Assembly (NCBI GenBank): GCA_050273025.1
Contig: CP158635.1
Location: 18,104,001-18,168,000, forward strand
Reading direction: 5' to 3'
Length of the DNA: 64,000 nucleotides
Source of the DNA: Cenococcum geophilum
Lineage: Eukaryota
Made by a program: the position numbers and the translations under genes. A model generated the notes under the pieces. It was not told where the DNA came from and ran no database searches. It saw only the letters and a program-made list of their open reading frames with translations. Below, one piece after another: positions 60,659-64,000 of the stretch (position 1 is the stretch's first letter; each line of letters begins with the position of its first letter).

Positions 60659-62568
60659 CTACATTCTAGCGTTCCAGCGCCCTGCTCTACCGTAGTAGGT
60701 TCTTTGGCTCGATTCGCTTTCCGCCGCTTTCTGCTGATCTGATGATTTCGATAACCAAAATTGTGCTAGTCGGGGTAGCTGGAATGGCTCGGGGACCTGC
60801 AACGGCGATCTTACGGCGGCAGAGTTGGGATCAGTGCCGACGCTGCTGTTGCGCTTTTCATCCTCACCCTGCTCTATATTTGAGGGAGGCACCGGTTTGC
60901 GCCAGAAGCAGAAGCTGCCCCAGAAAGTCCGATCTGAGGCAGGAATGTTACGCCAGGGTTTCTCGCGCAGACTGAAAATTAGGCAGTCTACTGCACCCAT
61001 GATGGTAACGCAAAATATGGACAAGCAGCTGAGGACATAGGGAGGGTGCTGGGCAGTAATTGTTGTATTGCATGCAGTGAATAGTAAAAGGGATAATCCA
61101 CATACAGATATAGGCTATAGGGTAGATGAAGAGGAGACGTAGTTGTCGGTTGATTCGGCTGCGCTGTAGGGCCATACGTTCAAGGGCCGTGTCATTACTG
61201 TCGGCGTGGCTCCGATGGGTCGAGTTGGTCCGTTCGGTCGACCGACATGGTTCGGGGGCATCACCAAGAGCGGGGAATATTTGAGCATCGCTATCAAAGG
61301 TGATGGTTCTGCCCGTGTTCGCCGTATATGCTGTTGACACACTAGCGATTGATTGCCGAACTTGGCCACGGTCATTGTGCTCGGGTGCATTGCTCAGTTG
61401 AGGAGGTGGCGAGCTAGTGATTTGGCAATCTGCAGAGCTACTTTTCGAATTAATGGTCTCCGCTATCGACATAACACCTGAGACCCTCCGCGTGCGATCT
61501 AATTCCTGTTTGATGAAGCTACTTGGATCTTCCGATTCCTGACCTGGGGTGTCTGATTGCTTCCGGTATATTGATGATCCTGTAGCTGTTCTAGATTCCA
61601 TTGCTACCAATGTTGGTATAGTTGTAGAGGTGGACACTGATGTGGACCTATTTGCTGCTTTGGTAAAAGCACGGAACTCGAATCCAAAGTGGGTATAGAT
61701 AGCCACAGCTAGTCCAAGAATGGTAAACCCAATAAGATAGCGAGGAATCCATGCTAATGCGAGACGGTACCAATATGGTCGCAATGGGAGAGAACAAAAT
61801 GCCCCATTCGATATATAGCCAGCGGTGGGATTTACAAATGCTAGCCCAGCCATTAGCGCGGGCATGGTGAGGCCTCCTGCATAGATGTAGTAATGCTGTC
61901 TGTAGAAGACGTCGGAACGGACTGATACAGAAGGTCGAAAAACTTGAATCGCGCTGTGAATCGCAATGGTGAGGACTGCGTAGTCTATTTGAACTCTCAG
62001 TAAGCTAGAGTTTATATTCTCCGTGGATTTGAGAAATACAGACCGCTCGTTTCAGTTCCATATTGTATTGAGAACCCACTGGCTTGACAAAAGGGCGATT
62101 GTGTAGGTATAGCTCCACCTCGAAATGAGGCTATGGCAAATATAAAATACCAAGTTGCTCGAGTTAAGTCACCGTAGATGAGTAGCATAATGAGCCTGAA
62201 CATGCCTTATGTTAGCGTCATGACAAGGAGGTCTCGATCGGCCGATCATTACCTATGTCGAAACCTCTTCCTCATTCGGCAGAGCCAGTAGAACGTAGTT
62301 GTAGCGGCTAGTACGCGCACGTAACCGCGATAGTCTGTATAACTAGTTTGCGATGGTCGCTAACGAGGCGAGATGGATCGAAGGCGCGAGACAAGAGTTT
62401 AGGCTTTGAAGGAATAGCAGCATGCTGTAGTGGGGCATCGACTAAGGGCTGTGGGTGTGGGACACTAAGAATGGACGTAAAGAAATAGAAATTAGGAGGG
62501 AATTGGCGCCATTTAGTATCTCGTTTGATATAAGCGGACACAGAGAACCACCTTCTCACAGCTGGCAT
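60659..62568 (-). pseudogene. Git3/Gpr1-type (class III carbon-sensing) GPCR with at least two frameshifts
   Basis: RMRKRFRHRLIMLLIYGD, FCQASGF, AFCSLPLRPYWYRLALAWIPRY, RQLRLLFIYPIAY, GAVDCLIFSLREKPWR; frame changes near 62312 and 61055. Confidence 0.8.
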
Positions 62569-63333
62569 ACTGAGGCTTCCTTTTCTGCCTTGAGCAGTAG
62601 TGACGCTTTAGCACTCAAAACACAACTCTCACGAGAAATTATTCAACGGGAAAGAATATTGGGGAGGACAGGTAGCTTTCTAGAGTATCCATCTTGAACT
62701 GCGGGATAAGCGGCAAGCTGATGACGATAGATAGTGATTCGGACGCAAACCGGAGCGGTAAGTGCTATTTAGACGCATACCTACAAGCTCAGGAGCTCTT
62801 TGCGGTTTTATAATGGATGAACGCGGAAAAGTCGTAGAAGACAAAGAAAATTATCCGAATTCAGCCCATCGAACTTATCGAGATGTGTTCCTGAACGTAG
62901 TACTCGCGTATACGGATACTGCACCCCAAGGATTAGCAAAGCGTATTAGCCCGTATGCAGCAAGATCGCTTGAAGAATTGTTTGTTATGCGGTGGCAAGA
63001 GTTGCGGCAGATCTACCCTGCACGAGGAGCCCAGCACACCAACAAAGACAATCGAGCAAAAGGCTGCTAATAGAAGACTGTGCCAGATCCCAATAAACGC
63101 GCTGTCTCACCTGCATTCAACCACCTATCAAACACCGTCTGACACCGCTTCATTATGTAGTCTGTTCATGGTAGCGTTTAGTTCTTTTCTCATTTGCTGC
63201 GGGGAAACTTGGAAGGTGGTAAATTTATGAGTTATGCAGAGCCCATGCCGCAAAGAATTCAGATCTTAGTCTAATGATGTTTCATGAAAGAAATGACCCC
63301 TTGAAGTGTCGAGAACGCTAGTCTATGCATCGC

Positions 63334-64000
63334 CTAACTTGGAGACAGCACAATCAAACTGAATCGGAGATCACCTCCTCCTGACTCTTGTTCCCGCTTG
63401 AGAAAATTACGAACCCCCAGATTCAGCGCCTTCTCACTAAGCACATCTTCATCGTCAGTGAGCACGCCCCGGTCAAGAGGACCTTTACGGCGACCATCCA
63501 TTTCCCAGAGATGGTTCTTTTCCGATTTAACGAAGCAAACGTAGTGCAGGTCGACCTTTTCATCCGCAGATGGAGCTACAGTATCTCCACCAGCGGCGGC
63601 AGATTGGTGTGCATTTTCTAAGGCTTTTGAATCGTATAGGAGATTTGCGCGCTCGGCAGGCTTCAGTGGGATTGCATTCTCTAATAGCTGCGAAAGATTT
63701 GACTCAGGCTCTGCAAGTAATTAGTGTCTAGATTTTCACGCAAGTGTGGCTCATAAGCTCGACGCTTTTCACGAACCGATGTACGATCGAGCTTTGCCAT
63801 TGGAAACTCCGTGAAGCAGCCCAATCAAACCACATGCATTTCCAATCGTCTGCTTGTACCATATAACTTCTTCTTCCGGACCCGACCCGTCATATTCTTT
63901 TTTATCACTGTCTTCCTGCACCCGGAATTTTTCGTACGTGTCGCTAACTGGGAAGATCAAGAGGAGTGCGTATGCCGGCCGAGGAACAAAGGCGAGGAGT
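63334..64000 (-). CDS. YUH1: Ubiquitin C-terminal hydrolase UCH-L (peptidase C12), 5' end outside the window
   Basis: [17 protein letters not shown] (catalytic Cys), [18 protein letters not shown]. Confidence 0.92.

Overview
Eukaryotic, intron-containing genomic DNA from a filamentous ascomycete (Pezizomycotina; GT-AG introns with CTRAC/CTRAY-like branch sites, RIP-type CpA>TpA decay of repeats). About 23 apparently intact genes, mostly housekeeping: PMP3-like, 3-hydroxyisobutyrate dehydrogenase, RPC37, DDB1, TMEM42-like, DBP7, POP4, an ABCA transporter, PDX3, GCP4, the bioB-bioF-bioDA biotin cluster, SEN34, ELP4, RPB8, a Nudix hydrolase, a G-domain protein, an ammonium permease, OPI10/Hikeshi and a UCH-L protease. 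AT-rich islands (about 8.3-12.4, 26.7-27.4, 36.6-41.9 and 50.3-52.8 kb) hold transposon debris, including a RIP-killed DD34E Tc1 element and several fold-back MITEs. The most unusual signal is a dispersed family of short elements bounded by TAT-CCC...GGG-ATA. Six ends carry an (A/T)TGG-N6-CTTATCGATAA motif at an almost fixed distance from the terminus, and three carry the same orphan start MPSN(R/S)xxxD(I/V)D. One copy splits an ORF in a way that points to a TATA empty site rather than the usual TA duplication. A Git3/Gpr1-type GPCR gene appears frameshifted twice. Gene calls are from recognised motifs only; no database searches were run.
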